From Bacteroidota bacterium (GTDB taxonomy: Bacteria; Bacteroidota; Ignavibacteria; UBA10030; UBA8401): a stretch of DNA of 64,000 bases. The stretch is taken from contig JAUXTU010000047.1 in assembly GCA_030679145.1 (NCBI GenBank), forward strand, positions 12,018 through 76,017, given 5' to 3'. How positions within the stretch are numbered: position 1 is the first letter of the stretch; each line of letters opens with the position of its first letter. Positions 19,106 to 29,760 of this stretch are shown here, piece after piece. The position numbers were made by a program, and so were the translations under genes. Under the pieces are notes generated by a model, which worked only from the letters and a program-made list of their open reading frames with translations, was not told the origin of the DNA and did no database searches.

Positions 19106-19867
19106 TTACCTAATTGTTACAACTTGATTTACCTCACTCACTTGTCCTTGTTCGATTTTAAATACATTCCAAACTGTTCCCTCTTTCTTTCGGGGAACTT
19201 GAATCACTTTCAATAATTTTCCGTCACCATACACTTTCACGGTCGCCTTTGAATCTGATAAATCAGTCGAATTTTTGTTGTTTTGATTGGTATAATCGAC
19301 GATAGAATACTCATAGAGTGATTTTGTCGAAACTTCTTTCACGGTAATCGTCTCTGGTCCGAATCCCTGCATTGCATCAATATCCAACATTCCGGAACCA
19401 TCTGCCAATACTCTCATATTCCGAAAAGAAATATGATATCCGTTATTTCCGCTCTTTACAAAATGTGCATCAAGATCGCGAGGTTCTTTATCCCAATCAA
19501 CAACTATTCGAACGAATTTAATATCAAGCTTGGGAGAAATTGATACCCGATTATAGAAAAGTGTGCCAGCAATAATTTCAACCGGAAATTCTGTTTGTAT
19601 ATATCCTTCTGCGCTAAACCGAGTAATGAAAATTCCATCATTTTCCGGTGGAGCAAAAAGGATTTTTCCCTCTTCGTCGGTCAACATTGCTTCAAATGTT
19701 TCGATCTGAACGATTCCACCAACAATAGGGTTACCGTTGACGGCGTTAAAGAATCTCAGTGTCAAATTCCCTGTCTCTAATTCTTCAAATACATCAGCAC
19801 TCTTTGTTGTGATCTGTGCATTCAGAGAGAGTGTAATAATCGTGATAAAGAGGAATATTTTTTTCAT
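19106..19867 (-). CDS. Secreted protein with YfaP/DUF2135-like C-terminal domain
   Basis: Signal peptide; VDWDKEPRDLDAH..LDID..GFGPETITV motif. Confidence 0.6.
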   Translation of the reverse strand: MKKIFLFITIITLSLNAQITTKSADVFEELETGNLTLRFFNAVNGNPIVGGIVQIETFEAMLTDEEGKILFAPPENDGIFITRFSAEGYIQTEFPVEIIAGTLFYNRVSISPKLDIKFVRIVVDWDKEPRDLDAHFVKSGNNGYHISFRNMRVLADGSGMLDIDAMQGFGPETITVKEVSTKSLYEYSIVDYTNQNNKNSTDLSDSKATVKVYGDGKLLKVIQVPRKKEGTVWNVFKIEQGQVSEVNQVVTIR

Positions 19868-20577
19868 GATTGTTCTGTTCGATTTTTTTGCAGTATGATC
19901 GTGGAGTATCTGAATGGAGAATGTTCACTTAATATTTTCATCGCTCTCATTGAAAATATTATTCCAATAATCAACGATACGAGTGCTCCGAGGGCAATCA
20001 ATTGAATATTATTTACTGAAAGGAAAAAATCGTATGCGCCATGGAAGATAGTCGCAATAGTAAGCCCAAGAAACAAATATGGTTTCGGTTGTTTTCTGAA
20101 TTTTGCCAGCCCCACAAAATATCCCATCATGACGCCAAATGTTGCATGAGCAGGTACTGCAGTAAATATTCTCATAAATGCAACACCAATTCCACCATTC
20201 ATCACGTATAAAATATTTTCAGATGTTGCAAATCCCATCGAGATCATCACTGCATAGACAATCCCGTCAAACGGTTCATTAAAATCCGGTTTTGAGTATG
20301 CAATTTTATACAGGCAATAATATTTACAGACTTCTTCCGTGAATCCAATAAAGAAAAAATTATTGATCGCAACGTGGGAAATGTTCAAGTCATCAAGCGT
20401 AAAGACTTTTGCAAAAAATACTTCTACAACAGCTGCAATTGTTACAGCCAAAAACCCTGCAAGAAAAGTCTGAACAAGAAGTTTTAACGGTTCTTTTTCA
20501 TACCGATCTCGAAAATACACATAAATTGCAATTGCAACACCGGGAGCAACCGCAAGTCCAAGCAGAGTGAGTTCCAT
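19864..20577 (-). CDS. prsW: PrsW-family intramembrane metalloprotease
   Basis: EKEP, EEVCK, DGIVY..GFATSEN, PAHA and HGAYDF motifs. Confidence 0.9.
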   Translation of the reverse strand: MELTLLGLAVAPGVAIAIYVYFRDRYEKEPLKLLVQTFLAGFLAVTIAAVVEVFFAKVFTLDDLNISHVAINNFFFIGFTEEVCKYYCLYKIAYSKPDFNEPFDGIVYAVMISMGFATSENILYVMNGGIGVAFMRIFTAVPAHATFGVMMGYFVGLAKFRKQPKPYLFLGLTIATIFHGAYDFFLSVNNIQLIALGALVSLIIGIIFSMRAMKILSEHSPFRYSTIILQKNRTEQS

Positions 20578-21920
20578 TATTTTTTTATCTGTTCTAAAAT
20601 TTTAGGGATCACTTTTTTCTGAAGACTGACACCGATCTCATCATACGCTTTCATCCCTGCTTTGTCGTAATTGATGCTGACACCCTTTACATTGTTGAAT
20701 GAAGTTTTATACACTTCTTCGCCCGAATTCAAGTCAACAACTGAAATATTCGCATCAACATATACCGTATACAATCCACTATATTCTCCCCCGTCACGCC
20801 CATTCGATTTCACTGTGATCATAATATTCGCTTTTGCCGCATCATCAACAAATGAGAATCCTTGAGTTGAAAGAGTATTTTTCAGCATCGGTTCAATTCG
20901 GGGAATGACAAGTTTATTTCCCAATAACATCTCTTCTGTTTCAAACACGATCGAAAGCGAAACAACATTCATTGTAAAACGAGTCGAAGGGAGTGTTAGT
21001 CCTTTGACTAACATTTCCAACACTGGCGATGAACTTTGTCCTAATAATGCAATCGGATCTGCTTCAGCTTTGATTAACTGTAATTTATCCGTTGCAATAA
21101 CCTTGGCAATTTGAGTCGCCGCAATACCATTCTTATCCGTGCGAGATGAAGTGATGATATCACCGGAACCGCGGATGAAAGAATATTTCACCGGAAAATT
21201 TTGAATGGGAATTGCCGTTGCAGTATTATTGACGATAACTTCTAACGGCTGACGAAGCGGTTTACCAACCTGCGCATCAACTTTAGGATTCTTTGCTTTT
21301 AATTCTATTTGATTAAGGACGGATTGTAATGAAGCAAAAATTTCATTCCCGAGAAATATTTTTGCGGACCCGAATTGAACTTCCAATGTTTCACCAAGAA
21401 ATTTTTCAACAGCACCTAACGCTTGAATATACGATTGAAGCGCATCACCGACATTGTTTGCTTTTTCAAAGTTTTTTGCTTTGGTGTAAAAATCAAGAGA
21501 GAGTGCAGTTGCTTTTCGCAGTTTTTCAGCCTGGCGTCGTTTGTATTCAGCAATATCCAATCGGTAATAGACCCAATATTGGTCATCACCGTCCCATGTA
21601 TCAACCGGCTCAACTCCTTCAAGATCAGCCTTTGTTGAAGTTTGAACAGCAGTTTGATACTCTTCTTTGAACTCATCGAGTTTTTCAGATAGTTTACTGA
21701 TCTGTGAAGCATCGATCGTTACCGCAATCTGTTGAGCAATATCATTCAACGCGGCATCTTTTGCACGCTGAAGATATTCCTGTGCAGAACCGGTTTTGGG
21801 TACAACTCCAATTCCGTGATAATATCCGGCTGTATTCGGACGTTTTTCGACCCAATTTGGTTTTTTGCCTTGAGCAAAAACTAATGACAAAAGAGAGATA
21901 ACAAGGAAGATTTTTTTCAT
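20577..21920 (-). CDS. Secreted protein with N-terminal LPP20-like domain
   Basis: Signal peptide; KPNWV..YYHGIG..AKDAALNDIAQQI; helical middle region then Ig-like and alpha/beta C-terminal regions. Confidence 0.7.
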   Translation of the reverse strand: MKKIFLVISLLSLVFAQGKKPNWVEKRPNTAGYYHGIGVVPKTGSAQEYLQRAKDAALNDIAQQIAVTIDASQISKLSEKLDEFKEEYQTAVQTSTKADLEGVEPVDTWDGDDQYWVYYRLDIAEYKRRQAEKLRKATALSLDFYTKAKNFEKANNVGDALQSYIQALGAVEKFLGETLEVQFGSAKIFLGNEIFASLQSVLNQIELKAKNPKVDAQVGKPLRQPLEVIVNNTATAIPIQNFPVKYSFIRGSGDIITSSRTDKNGIAATQIAKVIATDKLQLIKAEADPIALLGQSSSPVLEMLVKGLTLPSTRFTMNVVSLSIVFETEEMLLGNKLVIPRIEPMLKNTLSTQGFSFVDDAAKANIMITVKSNGRDGGEYSGLYTVYVDANISVVDLNSGEEVYKTSFNNVKGVSINYDKAGMKAYDEIGVSLQKKVIPKILEQIKK

Positions 21921-22074
21921 AGAAGTATGGGGAAGTGATAAGAAAATGATTCAATGGTGACAAAAGATAAGTTGAACACTTTTCATTATCAATGAGAATT
22001 TCAACAAATCAATAAATGCCGTTTAATGTTAACCGGTAATTCTGCAATCCAAATTGCTAAGTTTTCTTCGCGAA

Positions 22075-23283
22075 TTATTCTTTAGACCACTCATCATATA
22101 ATCCCATCCGTTCGCTCACTTTTGCGACATAACTACGTGTCTCTTCGAACGGAAGATTCTTTTTTAAATGTTCAAATACCTGATCGGATGTCATTGCATT
22201 GATTTGAGGCAATGCCTGAGTAACGTTACGCTTTCCGGTGAATGCCTTTGCAACATTCCCCGGTCCGGTATTGTAAGCGGAAATTGCACAATAAATTTTA
22301 CTCTTCGGATCTTTTACACCTCTAAATTCTACGGTCAATAATTTTGTGAGATACGCCGTGCCGAGTTCAATATTGTTACTGGAAACGTATAAATACTCTC
22401 CGGTAACAAGTGAATCTTTTTTATACGCAAAGAAAAATGCATCGCGGGCACCTGATTTCGGAACAAGCTGCATTAACCCGAATGCCGGCACCGGTGATTT
22501 TGCCTTTGGATTAAAATAACTTTCTGTATGCATGATTGCAAAAACAAGAGTGATATCGATTCCGAATCTGTCAGACTCTTTTTTTACTTGTTCGCGAAAA
22601 TCAGTTGCTCGTTTTTTAACATGATTTGGAACCAATGGTATTTGAACTCCTACAACAACCCGTTTAATGCCATCTTTCCCTGTAACCGTTTCTTGAGTAA
22701 CTTGGGCGGGTTGAACAGTTTGTTCCGCAAATTGCTTTGCAGTTTTTTCTGTTACCGGTTTCCCTTCTCTCGTCATCACTTGTTCTGCCAAAATCGGTTT
22801 CCCCTCCGGCGGAACGGCATTCTTAATTTCTAACGGATCTGTTCCCCCTTTTGCGACCACTAATTGAGCAACTTGTTCTTTCAATTTCTGTTCGATCATT
22901 CTCGGGTTTTTTGCTTCAACTTCAGTCATGAGAATTTCAACTTTTGCAGTTCCCGTTTCAAAATCTACGGAACTTCGTGAAGAATATTTTGAATCGTACG
23001 AAACATATTCCTTTTTTGAACTGGTAAGAACATTTTTCGCTCCCCATTTTTTTTCAATCTGACTGGTATATTCCTTGAACAATCGTTCTTGTTCAGTGGT
23101 ATAGGTTTCAAATTGTTTCGTTACTTCTGCTCTATAATATTGAAAAGATTCCTCCTCCTTTTGTGCCCCCTGTTCTTGTTCTTTTTTGAACTTTTCAAGT
23201 GCATCAGCTTCATTTTTATTTTGAGCATTTGCAAAGAGAGTTAAAAAACAAATTAAACAAACAATATTTATACACAGATTCAT
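22075..23283 (-). CDS. mltC: MltC-like lytic transglycosylase (DUF3393 + SLT)
   Basis: IMHTESYFNP (catalytic Glu), GLMQLVP, NIELGTAYL, AYNTGPG and ETRSYV. Confidence 0.85.
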   Translation of the reverse strand: MNLCINIVCLICFLTLFANAQNKNEADALEKFKKEQEQGAQKEEESFQYYRAEVTKQFETYTTEQERLFKEYTSQIEKKWGAKNVLTSSKKEYVSYDSKYSSRSSVDFETGTAKVEILMTEVEAKNPRMIEQKLKEQVAQLVVAKGGTDPLEIKNAVPPEGKPILAEQVMTREGKPVTEKTAKQFAEQTVQPAQVTQETVTGKDGIKRVVVGVQIPLVPNHVKKRATDFREQVKKESDRFGIDITLVFAIMHTESYFNPKAKSPVPAFGLMQLVPKSGARDAFFFAYKKDSLVTGEYLYVSSNNIELGTAYLTKLLTVEFRGVKDPKSKIYCAISAYNTGPGNVAKAFTGKRNVTQALPQINAMTSDQVFEHLKKNLPFEETRSYVAKVSERMGLYDEWSKE

Positions 23284-23299
23284 AAAGAGATTTCCTTAT

Positions 23300-25720
23300 T
23301 TATGGAATGATGAATCCTGTAACAACATCTTTTTCAATCGCAATTATTGAAGAATAATCCGGCATTATGAATATGGAGTTTTCCTTATCCAATTTTGACT
23401 GCCAAACGATCTTCCCTGAATCGATATTGATCAACACCATTTTACCATCAATAAAATAGAATATACCATCCTTCAGGATCATTGGTCTGTGATGAACTGC
23501 CTTAGCACTAAAATCCCATTCGTGATGCCATAAACGTTTCCCATTTATTGGATTTACAGACGCAATTCCGTCTTCGCCAAACAACAAAAGTCTGTCGCTA
23601 TTTTTACTATAGGTAACGTGAATTATTTTTGAAATTGAATGTGTGAAGGACTCATCAATATGTAACGATGAACTGAGAGTATATAATGAGTCGTTTCTGT
23701 AACCCGATGGATCTTCGGATAACAATCGTTCACCATTCCAATTCGTTGATTGAAGATACAGATCATCATAATTCATTTTCCCAATACCGCTATCCGAAAA
23801 CTCAAATGACCAATTAGTTGAATCTTTCTTCCCTGGGAACAACGCAAGCGAATATAAGAATTTTTCACTACCATAGAACAATTGCTTATCATTTTTTGAG
23901 TAATGTGCTATCGAATAATCGTGGAATATCCTGCCGGGATCCGAATCGAACTCTTTTTTCCAATAAATCTTCCCACTTGATGGATCAACAGCTATCAATT
24001 GATAATCATCTTCTTCCCAAATCTTCTTTGTTTCTACTTTTTCTTTTTTGGAATCATACGTAAACTCTTGCTTGAATCCACCAGTCTTGATATAGAGAAC
24101 CGAATCGATCATTGCCATATCAAAGATATAACCTCCGGCAAGATCTTGTTCTATGAGCATCCATTGAATTTTACCGGTTTCAGCGTTCAGAGCAACAAGA
24201 TTTTTATTCCCGGGCAGCAATAGAATGTTCCCAACAGTCAAGGGTTTTGCAAGTGCTGAAAGTCCTCCTTTGAAGGACATTCCATCAGTAATCTTCATAT
24301 AATTTTTTGAAAGAAATTTCCCGTCTTCAAGTCGAACTACGATCAAGCCTTCTCCCCCTTCTTTATCAGAATTCGGCTCCAACATTTCACTTGTTGTATG
24401 AATTAAAATCTTGGCATTACCGCTATCAATCGATACACCGTAAACAAATCCTACATTCTCAAATCCGAACGAAATAGATCGTGTGTCACTGGTAATGGAA
24501 AGGGGAAGGATTCGTTTTGGCAACGATTCATCTGCATGTGCAACATTCGTCCGATAATTGATCTCTCCGGTTAGCACATTAATACTCATAAGATATAATT
24601 TCAGATCATCTGTCGGGTCGAGATACGTAACGATGATATTATTTGAATCGCGTAACACCATCCGATGAACAAATCCGTTTACCGCAATAGACTTTGGTGC
24701 TGTCTGCCAGAGTAGTTTTCCGTTTTCCAGATTTAGTGCAAATAGTTTATTTTTTTGACTAATAATCGCAACCATACCAGAATCTGTTTTTGCAGTGCAG
24801 ATATTTCGCATTTCATCTACATCGATTATTGTTTCCGCAATAATCTTGTTTTGAAAATTGACATGGATAAGTTTTTCTTCACCGATCACCGCACAGCCAA
24901 TTTCCGTTGAAAATAAAACATTATATTGGTCGGAAATATCGATTGTTCGTTGTGCGATAATTCTGTTCGAATCAAGATTCAGGACAACGAAATTTTTGTC
25001 AAACATCATTGCAGCAAAATGCTGTTCCGGTTCAATATAATACCATACCCGCTTTTGTTTGATAAGGTCAGCATTGGGTTCTGATTTTGGAATTGATAAA
25101 AGTTTTTTTCCGTTTGCTAACGACATCAACGCACATTCATCATCTTCTAAGAATGCGATATATTTTCCAAGTGCCGGCAGTGCAATAAAATTAACTGTCC
25201 CTTCGTCAATCAACGAGCGTTCGTAATTCAATGGTGCGCGCCATAATTCTCTTCCACTTTCCAGACTCACAGCAATATCAATTTGTTTGAAATGGAATAG
25301 GAGTGTTGAATCAATTAGATTCAAACCGAGAAATCGATCCTGTTCAATCCCTTGATACGATTTTTTCCATACCATTTTATTTGCGAGAACATTGTAACAG
25401 AGAAGCGTATCTTCGTTAGCGACCAGATAGAGTGAATCATTGATCAGTTGATGAACAGCTTTTTCACTGTATTCTTCAATCTTTACATTCCAAATCATTT
25501 TTCCGGAAGTATTCTCATATAACCAAGCATATTCATCAGCCCAAAGAAAAATATATTTTCCATTTTGAATCGGTTGAATCTTTTTTACGTCATCCTGTAA
25601 TTCCACTTTCCACAATAATTTATTTTGTTGTGCAAAAAGAAATCCTGATGACATAAGCAACAAAAACGAAAAGGAGTAGCGACTCATAACGGCCTTAACA
25701 TTGATAAAGCATTTTTTCAT
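23300..25720 (-). CDS. Secreted PQQ-like beta-propeller repeat protein
   Basis: Signal peptide; many A(L/V)xxxxG(K/R)xxW blades. Confidence 0.75.
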   Translation of the reverse strand: MKKCFINVKAVMSRYSFSFLLLMSSGFLFAQQNKLLWKVELQDDVKKIQPIQNGKYIFLWADEYAWLYENTSGKMIWNVKIEEYSEKAVHQLINDSLYLVANEDTLLCYNVLANKMVWKKSYQGIEQDRFLGLNLIDSTLLFHFKQIDIAVSLESGRELWRAPLNYERSLIDEGTVNFIALPALGKYIAFLEDDECALMSLANGKKLLSIPKSEPNADLIKQKRVWYYIEPEQHFAAMMFDKNFVVLNLDSNRIIAQRTIDISDQYNVLFSTEIGCAVIGEEKLIHVNFQNKIIAETIIDVDEMRNICTAKTDSGMVAIISQKNKLFALNLENGKLLWQTAPKSIAVNGFVHRMVLRDSNNIIVTYLDPTDDLKLYLMSINVLTGEINYRTNVAHADESLPKRILPLSITSDTRSISFGFENVGFVYGVSIDSGNAKILIHTTSEMLEPNSDKEGGEGLIVVRLEDGKFLSKNYMKITDGMSFKGGLSALAKPLTVGNILLLPGNKNLVALNAETGKIQWMLIEQDLAGGYIFDMAMIDSVLYIKTGGFKQEFTYDSKKEKVETKKIWEEDDYQLIAVDPSSGKIYWKKEFDSDPGRIFHDYSIAHYSKNDKQLFYGSEKFLYSLALFPGKKDSTNWSFEFSDSGIGKMNYDDLYLQSTNWNGERLLSEDPSGYRNDSLYTLSSSLHIDESFTHSISKIIHVTYSKNSDRLLLFGEDGIASVNPINGKRLWHHEWDFSAKAVHHRPMILKDGIFYFIDGKMVLINIDSGKIVWQSKLDKENSIFIMPDYSSIIAIEKDVVTGFIIP

Positions 25721-25820
25721 TACTATGTGATAGATTCATTGAAAATCAGCGACTGTTCTCCTCCGTGTCGCCGATTAACGATGTGACCAATTGTTACTTA
25801 AATCCGCGTTAAAACGGCGG

Positions 25821-27035
25821 TTAACGAAGTTGAGCGGTATAGTTGTTAAAACGATCTGCATATTGTCTATCACTTCTCGAACGATAACCTTCATCACGGA
25901 TAACCTGCTGCACCTTCAACAATCGTTCACGAAGATCATCTTTCTTCATATAGTTTTCATCAAAAATATCCTTTGTCGCTGTGGTTGGCTCTTGTAATCG
26001 TTGCAGCACACTGCCAATTCCTGTAGGATCATATCCGGCGCGTTTCAGATAGATCATTGCAATTCTATCCGCATCGGTTTCGTATGAAAGTAATCTCGGC
26101 GAAATCAAATTTTGATACGTATTATCTGCATATTCTTCTAACTCTTTTTCTTCATCACCCATTGGTCCTGTCTCTTCTTCAAGCTCAGCAAAAGCATATT
26201 CCGCTTTGATCTTTGCTTCACTCTTCTTCAATTCTTTCACCCCGTGACGTTGAATGACATGAACCATTTCATGAGCAATCACTCCGGCAAGTTCGGCTTC
26301 GTTTGTACACGCTTTGAACATTCCTTTTGAAATAAAAATATAACCCCCGGGAACTGCAAAAGCAGAAGCACGATCGTCATTCAAAATATAAAAACGAAAA
26401 CCGAGATCGTATGCTTTTGTATATTTTGAAAGATAATTTCCTATCATATTGATGTAAAGCGTTGCCGCTTTGTCATTCACAATTCCTTTTTGCGCGGCGA
26501 TCTTCTGTGCAATGCCAAGTCCAATTCCTTCTTCGTGGAATTGAAGATCGAACGGTTTTTCAATATTCATATAACCGCGGAACGGTTCAATGGTAAAACT
26601 GTGCTCAAACTGATCCATATCTTTTTCCGTAACCACCGGATTTGAATATTTGCTGATATCTTCTCCTTCGGATTCACTTCCATCGACATATTTTTTGCCA
26701 AATCCTTTTACCGCTGCTGCAAGTTCGGCGCGAGAGGCGCGTGTTGACGCTTTTCCCTTTACGATATTTTCATCGCGCGATTTGCTTCCTTTAGCATTCG
26801 CAAAGCTGTTCTCCGAAAGCCAGCCGATATCATTTTGTTCGGTTTTCACCTTTAACCAGCTCCCTTTTTGTTCCACCTTATTTACATCAACTGATGAAGG
26901 AATTGCGGCAACAATTTGGAAATATGAAGCGGGACCTTCGCGAAGATAATTCGTCGGTTGTGTTGTGCGAAGTTTCTGCGCATTGCTTTCCATAACCATC
27001 AGGAACGGAAGGATTAGTATCAATATTCGTTTCAT
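25821..27035 (-). CDS. M48-family metalloprotease with N-terminal SH3b-like domain
   Basis: YLREGP..GSWLKVK..GWL (SH3b); AFAVPGGYIF, ELAGVIAHEMVH (HExxH) and ETDAD. Confidence 0.88.
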   Translation of the reverse strand: MKRILILILPFLMVMESNAQKLRTTQPTNYLREGPASYFQIVAAIPSSVDVNKVEQKGSWLKVKTEQNDIGWLSENSFANAKGSKSRDENIVKGKASTRASRAELAAAVKGFGKKYVDGSESEGEDISKYSNPVVTEKDMDQFEHSFTIEPFRGYMNIEKPFDLQFHEEGIGLGIAQKIAAQKGIVNDKAATLYINMIGNYLSKYTKAYDLGFRFYILNDDRASAFAVPGGYIFISKGMFKACTNEAELAGVIAHEMVHVIQRHGVKELKKSEAKIKAEYAFAELEEETGPMGDEEKELEEYADNTYQNLISPRLLSYETDADRIAMIYLKRAGYDPTGIGSVLQRLQEPTTATKDIFDENYMKKDDLRERLLKVQQVIRDEGYRSRSDRQYADRFNNYTAQLR

Positions 27036-27058
27036 AAAAACTCCTTGAAATATTTTTC

Positions 27059-27535
27059 AAAATAGAACACAGATAACACGGATTAGACAGATTTAAACGG
27101 ATTTGATTTTCTTTTTATCATTGGTAAATAATTTCCTTCTAAACTGTGGCTTTCTACCGAAATTCAACAGAAGTCCAACTTCAATTTCTGTTGCTTTAAG
27201 ATAATTGATCAATTGATATTCGTGTTCTTCAACAATTGTTTCTGCAGCTTTTAATTCAAGAATAACACAATCATTAACAATAATATCCGCAAAATATTCA
27301 CCAACAACTTGTTCGTTATAATATACTTTTATTTGTTTCTGCTTTTCACAATTTAAACCCATTGTGGTCAATTCCAGAAACAACGCATTTTGATAAACCT
27401 TTTCTAAAAAACCGAAACCAAGCTCATTATACACGTTGTAAAATGCCTTGATAATTTTATCAGTAATATTTTGATGAATCAGTTCCATCTTATCTGTGAC
27501 TATCAGTTAAATCCGTGTTATCTGTGTTCTATTTT
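27059..27535. mobile_element. Putative IR-bounded element carrying a GxxExxY gene
   Basis: Perfect 26-bp inverted repeat AAAATAGAACACAGATAACACGGATT (27059-27084) / AATCCGTGTTATCTGTGTTCTATTTT (27510-27535), with further 9-bp subrepeats inward. Confidence 0.6.
27093..27488 (-). CDS. GxxExxY protein (PD-(D/E)XK_3 nuclease fold)
   Basis: LGFGFLEKVYQNAL, YFADIIV..ILELKA and QLINYLKAT..GLLLNFG. Confidence 0.93.
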   Translation of the reverse strand: MELIHQNITDKIIKAFYNVYNELGFGFLEKVYQNALFLELTTMGLNCEKQKQIKVYYNEQVVGEYFADIIVNDCVILELKAAETIVEEHEYQLINYLKATEIEVGLLLNFGRKPQFRRKLFTNDKKKIKSV

Positions 27536-27544
27536 TAATTCAAA

Positions 27545-29689
27545 CTACTTTGTTGTCATCACATACACACCATCCCAATTTTTGGGTGGAGGATTTTTTC
27601 GACACTCTTCGCATCGTTCAATATACATTTCCGATGCATAATCATCTGGTTTTGAATTCAACACAGTCCTGAACATGGAGATCGCGTCTTTCCACTGTTG
27701 TTCTCTATAAAGAGTCAATCCTGATTCAAATGTTTGCACCATTTTCAACAATTGCTCTGTTATTTCCTCTTTTTTACAGACCACTTCGTAGATCTTTATT
27801 GGAAGATTCTTTCCTTTTACCCGCATAATATCCATTTCACGCAGAAGGAATTCATCTCTCACCTGATCGTTCGCAGTTGTTTCACTGATCATCAGCGATG
27901 TTCCGTAATATTTATTGACACCTTCAAGGCGCGAAGCAAGGTTCACTGTATCGCCGATAACGGTATATTCTTTTTTCGATCGTCCGCCGATATAACCGAC
28001 AACCATATTGCCCGTGTTGATTCCTATTCGGGTGGAAAATACAGGCTCACCTTTCGATCTTGCTTCACGAGTCATTGCTTGAACAACTTTTGAAAATTCG
28101 TACGCCGCGCGGGTTGCGAGCAAACGATGGTTCGGATTCTTTAGCGGAATTCCAAACTGCACCATAACTGCATCACCGATAAATTTATCGATCGTCCCGT
28201 CGTGTTTAAAAAAAATGTCGTTTGCCGTTGAGAAGTAATTATTTAAAAATTCTACTAACTCTTTCGGTTTTTTTGATTCCGATATGGTCGTAAAACCTTC
28301 GATATCAGAAAACATGATGGACGCTTCAACCTCTTCTCCGGCAAGTTCAACTTTTTCCGGATCGGAACTTAATTGTTTTACAACATACGGATTAACGAAT
28401 TGACCGAAAATTTTCTGAATTTGCCGCTTGTTCCGCCCTTCTGTTGCAAAGTTCCATCCGATAGAAATAATATATGGTAACACCATCGAAAAAAGCGGGA
28501 ATACAACATGAACTCTCACTAATTCACGAACAAATAATTGTGTTGAAATAAGAAGGAATACAAAAATAGCGGCGATCAAACCAGCCGTACTAACAACAAT
28601 ATTTTCATTATAATTGGAAATATAGGAAATGAATATTGCAAGAATTACAGAAAGGATAAATATCCACCATTGGGAAGTCTCTCCGATAAAATCCTGATTC
28701 AAAAAGTTGCTCATTGCGGTTGCGTGAATCTCAACACCGGGATACGGTTCAAGATATGTGAACGGTGTGTTCTTCAGATCGAATAAACTTGGTGCATTCG
28801 ATCCGATAAAGACGATCTTATCTTTAAACGCTTGGAGGGGAATATCGGGAATTGCACCTGATTGTTCTTTTAATGCGGAAACAATAACGGCATGAATTGA
28901 GTAATACTTAAATACTCCGTCAGGACCACCTTTACCATACCAATAGATCAAATATGGTGATTTGATTTTTTCATCGATAGGATGTTGCTCGCCAAATAAA
29001 TCTTTGTAAATATTATAAGAAAGAGCGAAGAGATTTTTCCCTTGATATGAATATTGCACTGCTATTCGACGACAAACTCCATCTTCATCCTGCGCAAAAT
29101 TAACGACACCTACACTCTTTGCTGCTTCTTGAAATTGGATCAACGGAGAATATGATTTGTTGAACTCAAATAGCTGAGTCTGTTTTACTTTCGATGTTAA
29201 TGCAGAGAATTTTACAAGTGAATCTCCCGGTTGGTCTTCTTCTTCCTGTTTGGCAAGAATTGTTGCAAGATATACATTCCCTGCTGATCTAATGGAATCT
29301 GCAAAACTTCTGTCATTCTCTGCACCGGATGAATTCACTCTATCTTGATCTGGTTCTGAAAATTGAAAATCATATACGATCGCTTTTGCTCCGGACTTTG
29401 CAAGATAGCTTGTTGTCAGTGCATAAAAATCACGGGGCCATGGCCAACCAGTTTTAATTGTTTTCTTGAAATATTGAAGACTATTTTGGTCAATAGTGAC
29501 AATGACAATGTTTGTATCAGGTATGCGTGTATTTTGGGCGAGGCGAAACTGAATATCCAATGTATTCAGCTCGACTGATTTCCCGAGTGAAGACAATGAA
29601 ATGAGATACGCGGCAATCAATCCTATCAATGCAGAAACCGCAAAACGAAATGGTTTAGCAAACAGGAGTTTTTTAATTGATGAAGGCAT
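27545..29689 (-). CDS. CHASE2-domain class III adenylate cyclase with C-terminal TPR-like tail
   Basis: WPWPR, DEDGVCRRI and PGVEIHA (CHASE2); three TM helices; FSDIEGFT, DKFIGDAVM and YTVIGDTVNLASRLEG (catalytic and ATP-specifying residues present). Confidence 0.93.
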   Translation of the reverse strand: MPSSIKKLLFAKPFRFAVSALIGLIAAYLISLSSLGKSVELNTLDIQFRLAQNTRIPDTNIVIVTIDQNSLQYFKKTIKTGWPWPRDFYALTTSYLAKSGAKAIVYDFQFSEPDQDRVNSSGAENDRSFADSIRSAGNVYLATILAKQEEEDQPGDSLVKFSALTSKVKQTQLFEFNKSYSPLIQFQEAAKSVGVVNFAQDEDGVCRRIAVQYSYQGKNLFALSYNIYKDLFGEQHPIDEKIKSPYLIYWYGKGGPDGVFKYYSIHAVIVSALKEQSGAIPDIPLQAFKDKIVFIGSNAPSLFDLKNTPFTYLEPYPGVEIHATAMSNFLNQDFIGETSQWWIFILSVILAIFISYISNYNENIVVSTAGLIAAIFVFLLISTQLFVRELVRVHVVFPLFSMVLPYIISIGWNFATEGRNKRQIQKIFGQFVNPYVVKQLSSDPEKVELAGEEVEASIMFSDIEGFTTISESKKPKELVEFLNNYFSTANDIFFKHDGTIDKFIGDAVMVQFGIPLKNPNHRLLATRAAYEFSKVVQAMTREARSKGEPVFSTRIGINTGNMVVGYIGGRSKKEYTVIGDTVNLASRLEGVNKYYGTSLMISETTANDQVRDEFLLREMDIMRVKGKNLPIKIYEVVCKKEEITEQLLKMVQTFESGLTLYREQQWKDAISMFRTVLNSKPDDYASEMYIERCEECRKNPPPKNWDGVYVMTTK

Positions 29690-29760
29690 AGGTTAAAGAG
29701 AATGTGTAGAGGAAAAACGTCATTTTTGACGTGAAATTCAATGAGATTTTTTTGAAAAAT

